From: Neodothiora populina
Lineage: Eukaryota
Assembly: GCF_041146345.1 (NCBI RefSeq)
Contig: NW_027191404.1
Span: 1,674,001 to 1,738,000 of the forward strand
Direction: 5' to 3'
DNA: 64,000 nucleotides
Shown here: in pieces, positions 50,496-63,770 of the stretch
How positions within the stretch are numbered: position 1 is the first letter of the stretch
Layout: each line of letters begins with the position of its first letter
Made by a program: the position numbers and the translations under genes
The notes under the pieces: model-generated
Databases searched by the model: none
The model's input: only the letters and a program-made list of their open reading frames with translations
What the model was told of the DNA's origin: nothing

Positions 50496-50502
50496 CCAAT
50501 CA
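50496..50502. promoter_or_regulatory. CCAAT box (CCAATCA) in the NDUFS8/ACP1 divergent promoter
   Basis: Match to the Hap/CBC site, lying between two respiratory genes. Confidence 0.4.
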
Positions 50503-50791
50503 CAGTCCTTCATTTACAAAGCCCGGGTCATCAAGCTTTATCTTTATACTGGGGTTTGGGACTCACTCAATGGCCCGTTACGGCAGTCTTGCGCTCGATG
50601 ACGGAGCACACCGGCTTGGCACTGGCGAATCCGAAGTAGAGACAAGTTCACTTCGTCAAGTCGAGTTGCAACAGCTCGAGAAAGCAGAAGTCAGATTTAC
50701 TGCCGTTGTATTCCCTCCTCCTCCTCCTCCTCCTCCTGCTCCATCAATCCCAACACCTTTCTCCCACAACACCCTCCGTCTCGTCGCAGCC

Positions 50792-51456
50792 ATGTTCCGC
50801 ACCGCTATCCTCCGATCTGCCAGATGTCTCGCACAGGCTGCTCCCAGGGCCCAGGCTCCCGTCGCCCGCAGAGTTATCCAGACCTCTTTCCAGTCCCGAA
50901 CTGTCGCCCCTTCGACCATCCTTCCCGCCATCAGATTCTATTCCGCACACGCCGGTCTGTCGCAAGACGAGGTGCAAGGCCGCATCCTTGATCTCCTCAA
51001 GAACTTCGACAAGGTCACCGACGCCTCCAAGGTACATGACTTGAACAACATCCGCCCGCCCAAATGCTCACCCTCCGCGCTTAGCTCTCTCCCACCGCAC
51101 ACTTCACCAACGATCTCGGACTCGACAGCTTGGACACCGTCGAGGTTGTGATGGCCATTGAGGAGGTTGGTTTTCAATCATGTCTTTTGCCTCGGCTCCG
51201 AGTGGCGCGTGTCTGACAGAGAGGTACAGGAGTTCAGCATTGAGATCCCCGACAAGGACGCCGATGCCATCCACAGCGGTACGTGGTCACTCACTTTTAC
51301 CATTTTTTTGTCTTGCGAGAGAACAACATTACTGACTTGCAGTGCAGTGAACCAAGCGGTTGAGTACATCACCAGCCAGCCCGATGGTCAGTCATATTTG
51401 CCCTACATTCATGCTCAATCCTCGAACCAATTACTGAATCAACAACAGCTCACTAA
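50792..51456 (+). CDS. ACP1: Mitochondrial acyl carrier protein (NDUFAB1/SDAP); 4 introns
   Basis: Presequence; phosphopantetheine site DLGLDSLDTVEVVMAIEE|EFSIEIPD; last exon is 8 nt (CT CAC TAA). Confidence 0.97.
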
Positions 51457-52242
51457 ACGTATCGAAAATAAACACAAGTGCATGGCGGGTGGATGGACGA
51501 GTGGATGGATGGCGGCTGTCTACATTTCTCGAGGAACGAGCATCGCGACGCCGTCGGAGTTCTAGCACCTTTATACACCTGCAGCTGTAGAGGTACTGCG
51601 CTTAGCAATCTCGGTCAAGGGACCGCTGTACTATGAAATGTTTCTTCTTGCCCGTAAAGCAGTCTTTTCGAAGCCGTGTAGCTCAAGCGCAAGGCCGAGG
51701 CCATGCGAGTGTAGAGGCGTGTAAAGTACACTATGCTGATACAGAGTACAAAGTACAGGAGAGGAGGGTCTAGGAGGAAGGTCTAAGCGGAAGGGAATTG
51801 GTTCCAATTGTTGTTTTTGCGAGATGCGACGCTTCAGCCTTTAATTCCTTCTGGACTGCTTCTGCTTCTGCTTCGCTTCACTGCTTGTTCAAATCCCGCC
51901 GCCAGACAGGACCACTACGCGCTTGATCGAGTCGTGTTACCGCCCACTCTTGACACTACTGCCCCAATTGCCAGTTGCACGCCGCACCCACATAGACCCT
52001 CTAGCCAGTCTACTGTGTCACAAGTGTGCAATACCACGTCTAACCAACATATTTGTTACCCCACACTCCCCTCGATTGCACCTCCGTGTCTGCGAAGCCA
52101 ATCTCACCCAACAACGCCAGCTCCCCGTCTCTCCTTGCTTTGTTGTGCTTCACACCCCAGATTCGTAGCCAACAACACACACGCACATACCGCCCTCGCT
52201 GCCTGAGCCCCTCTCTCCCTCTTCTAACTCTCACCTTTCGAC

Positions 52243-53491
52243 ATGGCCTCTACCTCGGGCTTGACTCGGAGGAGAGGAGGCGCAGGACCGACCGACGACG
52301 GAGACGGCAGCAGGGTCAGCTCTCCCGCGCCCACCAACAAGCGAACAGAAGACAGCAGGTCCGGCCCAGAGACGTCCTACGAGAGCTCCGAAAATGGACA
52401 CAAGATCGCATTCGACCCGCGCGACATCAGCGAGAGCGCCGAGCGGAGCAAGCAGCCAAAGCTCACATTGATGGAGGAGATCCTATTGATGGGCCTGAAG
52501 GACAAGCAGGTAATTTGCGACACACCACCACTGACCCCTGTGCGCTGTTATCTCACACTCCATTCCAGGGCTATCTCTCTTTCTGGAACGACAACATCTC
52601 GTACGCCCTACGGGGCTGCATCGTCATAGAGCTGGCTTTCCGCGGGCGGATAAGCATGCAAAAGGACTCGGCCAGGCGACGATACCCCCTTTCCGACAGA
52701 CTCATCGAGGTCATAGACGATACTCTGACTGGAGAGGTGCTGCTGGACGAGGCCCTGAAGATGATGAAGACCAGCGAGAAGATGAGCGTGGCCTCGTGGA
52801 TAGATCTTATGAGTGGTACAAATACATGTCCCCGCCCGGAATGGGTTTCGATCATCTGCCAATGCTAACTTCTCTCGCCAGGTGAGACGTGGAACCTTAT
52901 GAAAATAGGCTATCAACTCAAGCAAGTGCGAGAACGCTTGGCCAAGGGGCTTGTGGACAAGGGCATCCTTCGCACCGAGAAGCGCAACTTCCTGCTCTTC
53001 GACATGGCCACCCACCCCGTCGCCGATGGAGGTGCCAAAGACGAGATCCGCCGTCGCGTCCGAACCTTACTCACCAACCGCACCGTTGTTCTTCCCGCCA
53101 GCCAATTCCTCCCAGACGAGCTGGAATTCCGATATCTACGCACCATCACCATGGTCTGCGCTGCATACGCCGCCAACGTGCTGGAGAACGCCCTCACCAC
53201 CCTCGGCCACGAGTCACGTGAACGAGCCTTTGCTCAAGTGGACGAGTTGCTAGCAGAATACTCACAATGGCCATTTGGCAAGCGAACAGGTGGTCCTGGA
53301 ACTATCGGTGCAAACTTGGGACAGGTCGTTGCCGACGAAGTGAATGGTTCCAAAGACAAGGAACTTCAGCTGGAGGTAAGCCCATACAAGCCCTCCCTGT
53401 CTACCTCGCACAACACATTATACTGACCACATGACCACAGGTCGTCGCTGCATGTTTGAGTGTCTTTACCAGATTGGACTCGCTGCTGTAA
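52243..53491 (+). CDS. VPS74: Golgi phosphoprotein 3 / Vps74; 3 introns
   Basis: [43 protein letters not shown] and [12 protein letters not shown] motifs. Confidence 0.97.
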
Positions 53492-55276
53492 TGAATTTGA
53501 CGGTGATTATAGAAAAATGTAATGGGAGTGTTGCAGAACTGGGAGAGGCAGAGCGAATGTCCCAGACGATGGAAAATTATATGCACGGTGAAAGTTTCGG
53601 TTACCAAAAAAAAATAAGATAGGACTGGACTCAAGTATGTTCGAGCGCTACCGGAAAGGTGTTTTCCGCTTGACGACCTTGATAAAAACAATTACCCCCG
53701 TCTTAGGTGGGAGAAGAGCGAGTGGCACCCTCCAGCGATGGCGCTGCTGCCCTGACATATGGGGATTGGAGATGCAGCGCGCTGAAGGCATGCCACCGTA
53801 AGATCTTGCACTTCTACAACCACAACGATGCACAATTTCCCCTTCTACCACAGATCGCGATCTTTTACTACAAGTGAATTATAATCATACAATGCGAATA
53901 GGGTCCCACATGGTGGTCTCGGCTATTGCGGTCGCCATTATACTTGTATCTCGAAGCACGTGGTTTAGAATGTCAACATGTCAAGCGACACGTGACATGA
54001 CCATCATAGAGCAGTACGATAGGTGTGATTCGTGAATCAAGTCGCCTTATGCCCTGCTGTGTTGTCGAGCAGACACAAAGTAAAGGGCAGATAAATCGAC
54101 TGTGATATCTGACACGTAGCACAACAAAAGCGAGTCATTTTACGTGTAGACCGACTGTCTTCGGCGAGGTACAAGTAATAGTCAACAAATGTGTTGCTGA
54201 TTATAAGGGCAAAGCTGCAGGCAAGGGTTGATCAGGGCTAGAGCGGGCATCATCTGCCCATTTTCCAACGTACAGTACGAGTGACCGCCAATTACCAGGC
54301 TTTGCCTCACGATAGTCCCGGATTCGCCGCACAGCTCTCGAGTCTCTCGGATACAGCCAGCAGCAGCAGCAGCAGCAGCAGCAGCCATCGGCGGAACCGT
54401 CTAGAGAAGCAGTGTCAGGGCTCCCGTAAAGTGGTACCGGTCTCGAACCCGAGGGGTCAGAAATAATTCACGCTTTCAAACACACGCCCTCAATCTCCGC
54501 GCCCGCCCAAAGGGCCCGACGGACGGTGACGCAGACCAAACCCAGGCCAGGTCGGTCACATTAGCTGCCTTACCTTGTCCCTTCTGGCATGCTCTCTGGA
54601 AAGGTATGTGCATCACTTTCTCTTGTCGTTTTCCCCTCGTTCTGATTTGATTGCCTGTCTTGTCCCTGGAAAAAGGTACTACTGTTGTTGTCACCTTGAT
54701 TGTTGCAGCTGCTGCTTCCATCTCATCATCCCGTATCGTGAGGACATGCGCACAATTACATTTACACACACACATACCCTCTATCAGTTCCCTTTTTACC
54801 CTTTACCTTTTACCTTGCCAGATCATACTTTGGCTCAAGGCCTGAACAAAGCCCTACCTACTGTACACCAGAGGCAGTCTTAGCCTACCCTGCCCTTTTC
54901 CCCACGTCTTCCCTCAGTCTCTCTCTTCACCTAAGAACAGACGGCACAAGCAAAAGAACGCCAAGTCGGCTCGTCTTGTCATGGCTTCGTCGTTGCATCC
55001 CCGTCCCTCGCTCGCGCTTCTTTGCTCACCTGGACCCGCACGGCCGCCCAATTGGCGACGACGCGTCCATGCTCCATCCTTGTCGCTGACCATCTGTTGC
55101 TCGTAGCCCGTTTTCGGCCCTGCTTGTTATTGTTGCTTTGCTTGATTGATTGATGAATGATAGTCTCTGAAGCGCGTCATTGTTGGATGAGCGCGTCGCG
55201 CTATCACGAGAGCTGTGTGTCTTGAACCATCATCATTAAACCTCCACCCTCACCCTCCCCCCATCTCCGATTTATC

Positions 55277-57896
55277 ATGCAATCTCCCTCCATCAACTCA
55301 CCTGCGCCGCCCTTTCAGACCAATGGCCAGGCATTCAATCTGTCGCAACCCCCCGCTGGACGAAATGCCTCGGCCCAGCCTGCCTCACCAGCTGTCAACA
55401 ACTCTGCTTTCTCCTCCCCGGCGGCCACTGCTTCGGCTCAACAAGAAGCATCGTCCTCGTCCGACACTGGCGATGCCATCCGCAACGGCAAGCAACGCGC
55501 AAAGGACGTCATGGCCGCCTCTGGGATAGATGTGCCTTCGCCATCCCCCGCTGTAGGTGGTGGTAGTGGTGCTGGTGCGGGTGCTGCGTCCTCCAATGGA
55601 CCTTCGACTCCCAACGACAGCCAGTCATATGGCGCCCAGATGAGCAGGAAGCGCTCACGTTCCGGCACGCGGAAATCAATAAATACCCCTTCGGCCGTGG
55701 ATGGCCCGTCGTCTCCTCCAGCCTCGCACGACGAGATAATCTTGAATCGCTACATACAGCGCGATTCTCTCCATGCTGCTACAATGAACGATCAGGCTGA
55801 CAGGTCGCGCACTCTCCTTCGCGCCAAAGAGCAGGAAAAGGAGTGGTACATGCACGAGGTCGGGCGGATAAGGGCGCAGAACCCCGGAGCAGTATTCGGC
55901 ATGGGATATGCTGGCTACGGCAATGGCCGTACAGACGACCGAGCTCATATTGAATATCCAATGCATCGCAGGCCGCCTGCCGGGAGACGCTCGCGTCCGC
56001 TATATCTCCCGAGGAAAGACCTCGCTCAGCAAGCCGAATATCTGGAAGAGCTGGTGCCTGTGCGCCTTGATATCGAATTGGAAAAACTGCGGCTGCGTGA
56101 CACATTTACTTGGAACCTCAACGACAGACTCATCGACCCGCAACAGTTCGCCGAGACTCTGGTCGAAGATCTCAAACTGCCCCAGGATTCAAGCCCCATG
56201 ATTGCGCGTCAGGTCCACCAAGAACTCATGGAGCAGCTGCAGAACTACTTCCCCCACATTTACCCTTCAGGCGTGCCTGCCGAGCCTGATCTGCCCTACG
56301 GTGCCCACAAGAACGACGACATGCGAATAATGATCAAGCTCAACATTACCATTGGACACATCACTTTAGTTGACCAGTTCGAGTGGGACACTAACAATCC
56401 CCTCAACTCCCCCGAAGACTTTGCGCGCCAGATGGCTCTGGACCTTTCTCTTAGTGGCGAATTTGCTACTGCCATCGCGCACTCCATACGGGAGCAGTCG
56501 CAGCTCTACACCAGGAGTTTGTTCTTGACCAACCATGGCTTCGATGGAAGACCGATAGAAGACCCAGACATTCGCGATAATATGCTACCCACACCTCTAC
56601 CTTCCATATTCAGGCCGCACCAAGCACAGAAAGATTGGACACCATACATGTACGAGCTCAGCGAGATGGAGTTGGAGAAGACCGAGCTCTCCATGTTGCG
56701 AGAACAGCGTGCGCAGAAACGGCAACTCAACCGGCGTGGCGGACCCGCCCTTCCAGATCTCAAGGAGCGACAGAGAACGGTGCGCTCGCTCGTGGTGTCA
56801 TCGGTCATCCCTGGAGCTGCCGAAACCCTCGAAGCTAGCGGTATCTTCAAGATCCGTCGCGCGGCTTCCGGCAGAGGTCGTAGGCCTGGCGCGCGTCTTG
56901 ACGAAGGAAGCGACTCGGAAGATCTCGAAGCAGATGAGTCGGGTGCTGAATCGCCTGCTCCATCGCAACTGGTGGGAGGCACTGCACGTACTAGAGGTAT
57001 GCGCGGTGCAGCTTCTGCAGCAACTGCAGCGATGCGCGCAAACTATGGTAGATCAGCGACACCCGATATCATGGCGTTCAGCGAATCGCGGACCTCACGT
57101 CGCACAACTGCGGGGCTAGATACCCGTGAGGACACAGCCGAACCGACTTCCCTGCTCGTCAAGCTGAAGATCAGCCCTGCGAGATTCAGGCAATGGTTGT
57201 CCAAACGCAAGTTCGGCCGCGCAGCAGCACCGCCGCTCTCTGGTTTCCCGACCTCTTTCCCGCAAGCTTCAGCAGCACAGGCTCCGAAGCAGGCACCTTC
57301 AACGCCAGCGATGCAGAACAAGTCTTTACCGGCATCGCAACGCAACTCTGCCACTCCAGCCCGTACGCTGCCTCAGGCTGGGGATTCATCTGTTCCTAAA
57401 GATATAGAGTATGACTCTCAAGGCCGTGTAGATGCGCCACGCACGCCCATGCCAAACGACTCAACAGTACGACTCTCTCGTTCCTCTCTCGCTCTTTTGC
57501 ATCTAATGAACAGTGTACTAACGATGCTTTTTGCAGCCTCCTATACCCCCTTGGTTGACCACCGCCCTCGACCAACTCCGCACCCGTCACCCACGATCAA
57601 AATTCAGCGGTCTCATGCGCTTCGCCGCCATCGACGCCGACAATGGCACCGCAGCCCGCTTCGATCCCAAAACGCTACCCCAGGGGTCGTCCCCACCTCC
57701 GCCCATCGATCTACCTGATTCTTCACGTCAGCAACGCATCAAGTTCATGTGGGTGCCCCGCATCAAGTGCTTTGACTGTCCGCAGAAGCTCTATACCGCG
57801 GTGCCCGAGGACACGGCAGCCAAATTCGAAGTGCATCTGATGAACAGCAAGCACAAGGCTGCCGTCAAGGAAAGATTAGAAGGGAGCGGAAAGTAA
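55277..57896 (+). CDS. SNF5: SWI/SNF subunit Snf5; intron 57467-57536
   Basis: Two SNF5 repeats: LVPVRLDIE..LRDTFTWN and DMRIMIKLNI..LVDQFEWD..SPEDFA..GEFATAIAHSIREQ. Confidence 0.95.
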
Positions 57897-58262
57897 GAAA
57901 AAGAGAGTTTCATTCGGAGAGGAAGGGACGACGACGAAGCAGAGGTGAATGACAGGCGCTTAGTCTCAACCATCTGACCCGAGCCCCGACCTCTTCTTCC
58001 GTTCCTCGGGTATCTCATGCGGGCCGGTGAATACAAGCAGAAGAAGCAAGGGAAGGGAACGGAGATTGAAGGTCAAACGAGGACTCGGAACGAAGAAAAG
58101 ATAGGAAACACATACTAGAATGCAAAACCAGAAATCTGTACCAATAATGTCTCCTCCCTTTCCTTCTCCGTGTGCCCATCTACACAAAGGCAAAGAAACC
58201 CCCGAAGAGAGTATCGGGTATCGAAAAGCCATCTAGATTGTGAATCAAAGACACGGCGAAAC

Positions 58263-58372
58263 CTTCTTCTTCTTCTTCTTCTTCTTCTTCTTCTTCTTCT
58301 TCTTCTTCTTCTTCTTCTTCTTCTTCTTCTTCTTCTTCTTCTTCTTCTTCTTCTTCTTCTTCTTCTTCTTCT
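58263..58372. repeat. Perfect (CTT)36 / (GAA)36 microsatellite
   Basis: Uninterrupted trinucleotide tract counted directly from the sequence. Confidence 0.98.
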
Positions 58373-58490
58373 CAAGTCTTACTATTCGTAAATGGCGCGG
58401 ATGAACAGGAACAGATGAACAAACGTGTAACAGGCAGAGACCAAACGCAAGGAGCAGAAAAGCAGGAAACACGACAATTAGCCTGGCTTA

Positions 58491-58540
58491 GGCAAGCAAG
58501 CAGGCAAGCAGGCAAGCAGGCAAGCAGGAAGGCAGGCAGG
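58491..58540. repeat. Imperfect GGCAAGCA / GGCA tandem repeat
   Basis: ggcaagcaagcaggcaagcaggcaagcaggcaagcaggaaggcaggcagg. Confidence 0.8.
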
Positions 58541-59466
58541 ATCCGACATGGCTTACATACACGAAAACAACAAAGTCTTCCCCAGCGCCCTCGATGCCAT
58601 TTTCGCCTCTCGTTTCCTTCATACGGCTATATCGAGTCGACCACGCACGCGAATCAGCGGAATAACTCTAGAGGCCGACATGAGAACAAGGGAATCGTAG
58701 AAAAGATGTCTGTCCCTTCTTGTCCCCTCGTCTTGTTGATTGCGCGATGAACGGGATCGGAAGGAATGGATGGTGTGGAAATGGGATGATGCGGAAAAGG
58801 TATAGATAATGGTACAAATTACTGGATTTCTCGTTCGTGGGGGTTCTTTGTTAGGCTGCCTTGCTCTGCTCTGCTCTGCTCTCTGCTCTGCCTCTCTGCT
58901 CTGGTGGAAATGCTAGTGCTACAACTGCTACTACCTCGTCTCTTCTGCTTTGTCCTTTTTTTTTTTTGGTGCCCTTCTTCTTTTTCTGATTCTTCTGTAT
59001 GTATGCAACTCTTCTCGTATGCTTGGGGGATGGCTGTGCGCTAGTCGTTGGGCTTTCGCTTTTTCTTTTCCTTTCTTTTCCTGTCGTGGGATCGGTAGTT
59101 GATGACAATATGATGATACCGTTGTCGTGATGGTGGTGACGGTAGCTGTAGCGGTACCGCTGTTTTTTGTGAACAAAAGGGGGGAAAAATCATCGCCAGG
59201 AATATCGACCTGTCGTCTCTTGCAGGCCAGGCAGGTATAGCGGCGCGATGTTGTACCTCTCTCTGCCTTTCAGATGATCGTCGACTCTGTATCGTATCCG
59301 TTCCTTCAAGGTCATGCAGATTCGCGCCTCTTCGTTTCCGTGGCATCTTGCGAAACCCTTCACCAGCCTCCCTTTCAACAGTCTCTGTTCTATTTCACCT
59401 CGCTGATCATGCTCTCTCCTACGCATCACCCTACCACAACGTCTTTCCCAAGAATTCGAGTCTGGT

Positions 59467-61785
59467 CTATTCGGCAATCAATTCGAGTTGTTTTTCGATC
59501 AGCGATCGAAGCATCTCCAGTTTCTCACGCTTCTCTTCGGATTCTTTTGCTCTGGTCTCCTTTTCGGCTTCCAGCATCTTCTCGACAACCTCTTCTGGGG
59601 CCTCAGCCTATTGTTGTCTGTCAGTGAATGAAAACGCGTGTGAGACTTCTGATGGGGTTCTTACAATCACGGTACCAAGTAGAGTCTCGACTTTATCGCC
59701 GCTGAGGTTCAATTCGTTCTCCTGGTGTGCGAATTGTACAAGAGATAGAGCAATCTTTTGTTCAAGGAATGAGTGTCGGATGAACTCAGGCCTGCTCAGT
59801 TGCGGTGGCAGAGCGGGTGGCGCAGCGGGCTGTACCGCGTTCAAGTCATCCATGCTCCTAGTCCTGTAACAAAAATGATTAGTTGATGCTGCACGGACAG
59901 AACTTTAAAGCAGCACTTGCTTGTGAACGTGATCGATAAAGTCGAGCTTGATACCCTTCTCGGGCAGGCGATAAACAACTCCCGACACTTCTTCTTCATA
60001 AAAGTCTGACTCTTCTTCACTCTCGTCGTTGATAACTTCAATAACACCATTGTTGATAAATCCCCGATTAAGAGATGTGTCGATAACTTTGGCGTTTCGA
60101 GGCCTGCGCATGAAAACCTTTCTGTCTCTCTCGAGCTGATGAGCCGCGAGGCGTGCCAAGTCCATCTCACGAAGTTCATGTTCGACATGAAGAGGACATA
60201 GCCAGTCGCGAAACTTCTTTCCCCACGAGTCACGGAAGGGTGGATTTGCGAGGGGCGGGTCCAGACAATCAAGATGCCAGTGCGCACTGCATTGGTCGCA
60301 GGTGACAATCTCCCGACGACCCATGGATGATCGGTTGCATTGATAGCAGAGAATAGACTGTCCCTTGGCGTCTTTTGTTTTGAAGTTGTCCGGAAGCTCG
60401 TCATAGCCAGCGCGGCTCCTGATAGTAGATTAGCTTCTGCATAGCGGGCGGTGCCTCACAGTCGCGGGTGGCAAACCTTGTCTTGTTATTCGAAGCTTCG
60501 AGGAAGCGACCATCCTTGCCAGTAGCGACTCCATCGAAATAGTCTCTGATGTCTGCCGGCAAGCTGAATATCGATGGATTTCGCTTGTCCAGATCGGTCA
60601 GAAGCGTGGAAAAGAGCCCACGTGAGTGCTTCTGCGGTTGCCCGCGTTTCGCCACACACTTGAAGCAGAACCACGGTTCCTGGAGCTCATTTGATTCTTG
60701 TGTCATCGGCGGATCGAGACAAGCAAAATGGAATGCTCGATCGCAGCCGTCGCAACATAGGAGGTAACCACTGGTGCGACACGAGGAGCAGTAGTCATCG
60801 TTATCGGACTGTACACAATGTGTCAATATATGTCGATCCCGAAACTTCCCCATCAGGCTCGGGATGTGTGACGTGTGGCATTTGTCAAGCAAACGATGTG
60901 TATAGGGTGCAGATGGGAAGAATGGAGGTTGGTGAGGGCTGATGCTTTCTGGGGAAATCGTACCTCTGCATTGTCATCGTAGCCGAGGGGGCTTTCTCTC
61001 CCGCCACTGCCGTTAATTCCTCCACCATTGCCCGTTGTTTGTTTCTTCGTCGGCCTGTATGACAAGAGAGTATTAGCAGACAGCACTCATAGATGAAGAA
61101 AAGAAAATCCGACAGTCATCAAGTCAGTCTTGCGAGGTGTGGTGCAGACTGTAACACGTGGCCTTCCACATGACCGAGTCTTGGCAGACGATTGGCTTTA
61201 CAGTAGCATAGAATGAGTGGTGACTTACGATTGCTTGGTCTTTGCCTTTTTCTTCGTGTTCTTGATGGATGCTGCTCCGGACGGAGGCGTGGCTCGTCTA
61301 AGCGGAGGCGATGACATGTCGGTGAGCGGAGAGCCTGCACCAGGAGAGTCTGGTTCCTGGCCCTTGGAGTCATCGTCCCATCCGTTCGCCGTGAGGCGCA
61401 CAGGAGGATTGACAGGCTTGCCGTTCGTCAGGGTTGGAGCGGAGGACTCAGTCCGCTCAGCGCGCTCGTAGCTAGGGCGACTTCTATCCACACGATCTAT
61501 CGTTTGGCTGAGCTTTTGCTTCTTCGTGGCGAGTAAGCCCTCGCGATCTTCAATGTCAGCATCTGCAGATGAACGCTTCAATGACGCGTGTCCATTAGCT
61601 TGCGCGGTCAGCAGGCCATCAGCCTTAGGAATGCCACCCGAAGTAGGGAGTTGAGCCAGTGAATCGTCGTCGGTGTCTACGTCCATGGCATCTTCTTCGA
61701 AAGATGTGAGGGAAGACAACGAAGACGAGCTTGATGCGCTTCCAGACCGTTTGCGAGGAGTCATGACTGTGCTCTCCTGTTGCTC

Positions 61786-61820
<35 letters not shown>

Positions 61821-62913
61821 GAGCCTTTGCCTGGGCGGCCGCCGACGTCTTTTTGGAGACGTTCACACGAATCGAGATCTTCGGCCGAGGTAGAGCAGCC
61901 GGCGCCTCGATGGATTGGCGCGGGACTGACTCTAGCGGAGGAGCAGAATTTGACGACGTGCTACCGTTCTTACGAGAAGGCGATTTCTTAGACTTACGAG
62001 GGAGTTCTTCTTTAGCTTTGATATCCTTCTTGACACGATTGAGGTGGCCGCGAAATTGATTCACTTGGTCTGGCGTAGCCGTTTGATCAAGGATGACGGC
62101 AAGCAGGTCCATCATACTCTGGTCCAAAAGACTCTCGTTGTAAATCTCGCGGAGGCATAAACCAAGGGTAGGGTTGTTGACTTCTCGCGATTTTCTGACT
62201 GCTGCGTCGATGATTTCCGGCAGGTTTGGTCGAGCGATCTTGACCTGCTGAACGGTGGGTTTTGGAGTGGTGGATTTTCGCGGGGCACGCTTTGACGCAG
62301 GAGTCGCAGATGCAGGCTTTGCAATTGTTGAAGGTGTGGCCGCGTTGCGAGTGCGCCCAGAGGCTTCCGAAGGCGATTTACGTGGTGCGATGACAGGAGT
62401 TGACTGAGCCGGGGTAGATGCAATTGCAGGAGACGAAGCAACAGTTCTGGCCAAACTGCTCCTGGAAGTCTTTCCTTTGCCCGTCTTTTTGGCCTTACGA
62501 GGCATGTAGTCTTGATCCTTTTCGTCGTCGAAGATGACTAAAGGCGGCTCTTGTGTCATGGCAGCATCCTCAGGGAGCGCAGGGAGGTCGAGCGAGGGAG
62601 TCATCTCAGGAGTGTCCTGGGTGTCTGAGAGAACGCCGCCAGCACTGCTCTTGCCTGATACGTTCTTCTTCGGCGCTGGATCTCCGCGCACCCTTGATCT
62701 CACTTTGGCATTAGGAGCCTGGCCTAATGGCAACATGTCTTCCAACACTCCGAAAGCTGCGCCTCCGTGGTCTTCATAACTCGCTTTGGGGTTTTCCAGG
62801 GGCGGCTCTATCCACCCCGTGCTTTCGTCATCTTTTTTCTCCTTTGGCACTGACTGCGATGCTCGCGCGTGACTACTCGAATGTCTTGATCTGCCGTTAT
62901 TCGTTCCAGGCAT
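59467..62913 (-). CDS. Double PHD-finger chromatin protein, Rco1/Cph-like (Rpd3S subunit candidate); 5 coding introns, one GC-AG
   Basis: PHD1 NDDYCSSC..LLCCDGCDRAFHFACLDPP..WFCFKC; PHD2 CDQCSAHWHLDCLDPP..WLCPLH; NNGVIEV and VYRLPEKGIKLDFI blocks; polyQ at 61779-61820. Confidence 0.87.
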
Positions 62914-63770
62914 GACTTCCGGATACCGCCTTGGGGTTGTGTGGTTTCCGTACACTTAAGTGGTTCCTGCCTCACAAAGTCGAGCCCGGTTCCCGTGTGA
63001 CGCCTCTGCACATGTTAGCGATTGCCTATTCTTCCGCTACGGGATCATCCTCCTACCCAGGGCTGTCCAATTGCGGGCGGACCTTTCAGTAAATCAGAAG
63101 ATTCTATACGTTCTATCACGTCTCGGCGCGTCGTGGCGTCAATATTTGGTTGAAATAACGCGATGCGTTGATGCAGTGCACGAAGTTCGGAGGTCAGCGA
63201 AGTGCACCACCGATCTAACTGGGCTTCTAACAACTCTATTGTTGCTATGCCTGGATTGTTGCTGTACGGATAGGGGCAAATTTTCCCAGCCACTCCACTG
63301 GGTGTATATCAAGACGAATGCTCTGTTGAATAGATGTGAGAAATTCACGTGATGTAACATATATCCGTAGCTGCCTCGTTCGAAAATTATTGGGTTTCGT
63401 GTTACACAGCAAGGTCAGAGGCAAGACCAGCATTAGCATTAGGCTGCTACACTGCTTTGTTCAACCGAATGCATATGACACTCCTTCACCTGCACACTCT
63501 AATGGATCTCTGCAATGCGCTGCACAATGCTTGTCTTTCAATACAGTCGAAATATACTCTACTGTACTTCATATTGTGTCCCAAGTGTCCCATGCGTCAA
63601 CTTTTTTTCCTATATCTTTGTGCTTCGTGGCCATTTCCCAAGACTAGGCCCGAGGGCGCTGCATGTATCTGCTATATGCGTCACGAGGAAATGGCGTATT
63701 CGCATAGTAGCCAAGCTTGTGTGGCCGCTCATGCGTGATTCAGCTCTGCCTTTGGGTAGAGATGTTTCTT

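Noticed and set aside
54436..54457. Minus-strand GGTTCGAGAC, B-box-like
   Set aside because: T-stem is mismatched and there are no D or anticodon arms; not a tRNA.
58115..58472. Poly-Arg, poly-Leu and poly-Lys ORFs
   Set aside because: These are translations of the (CTT)36 microsatellite.
62808..63293. Spliced upstream ORF (51-nt intron 63006-63056) overlapping the PHD gene start
   Set aside because: No ATG before the upstream in-frame stop; best read as a 5'UTR intron.
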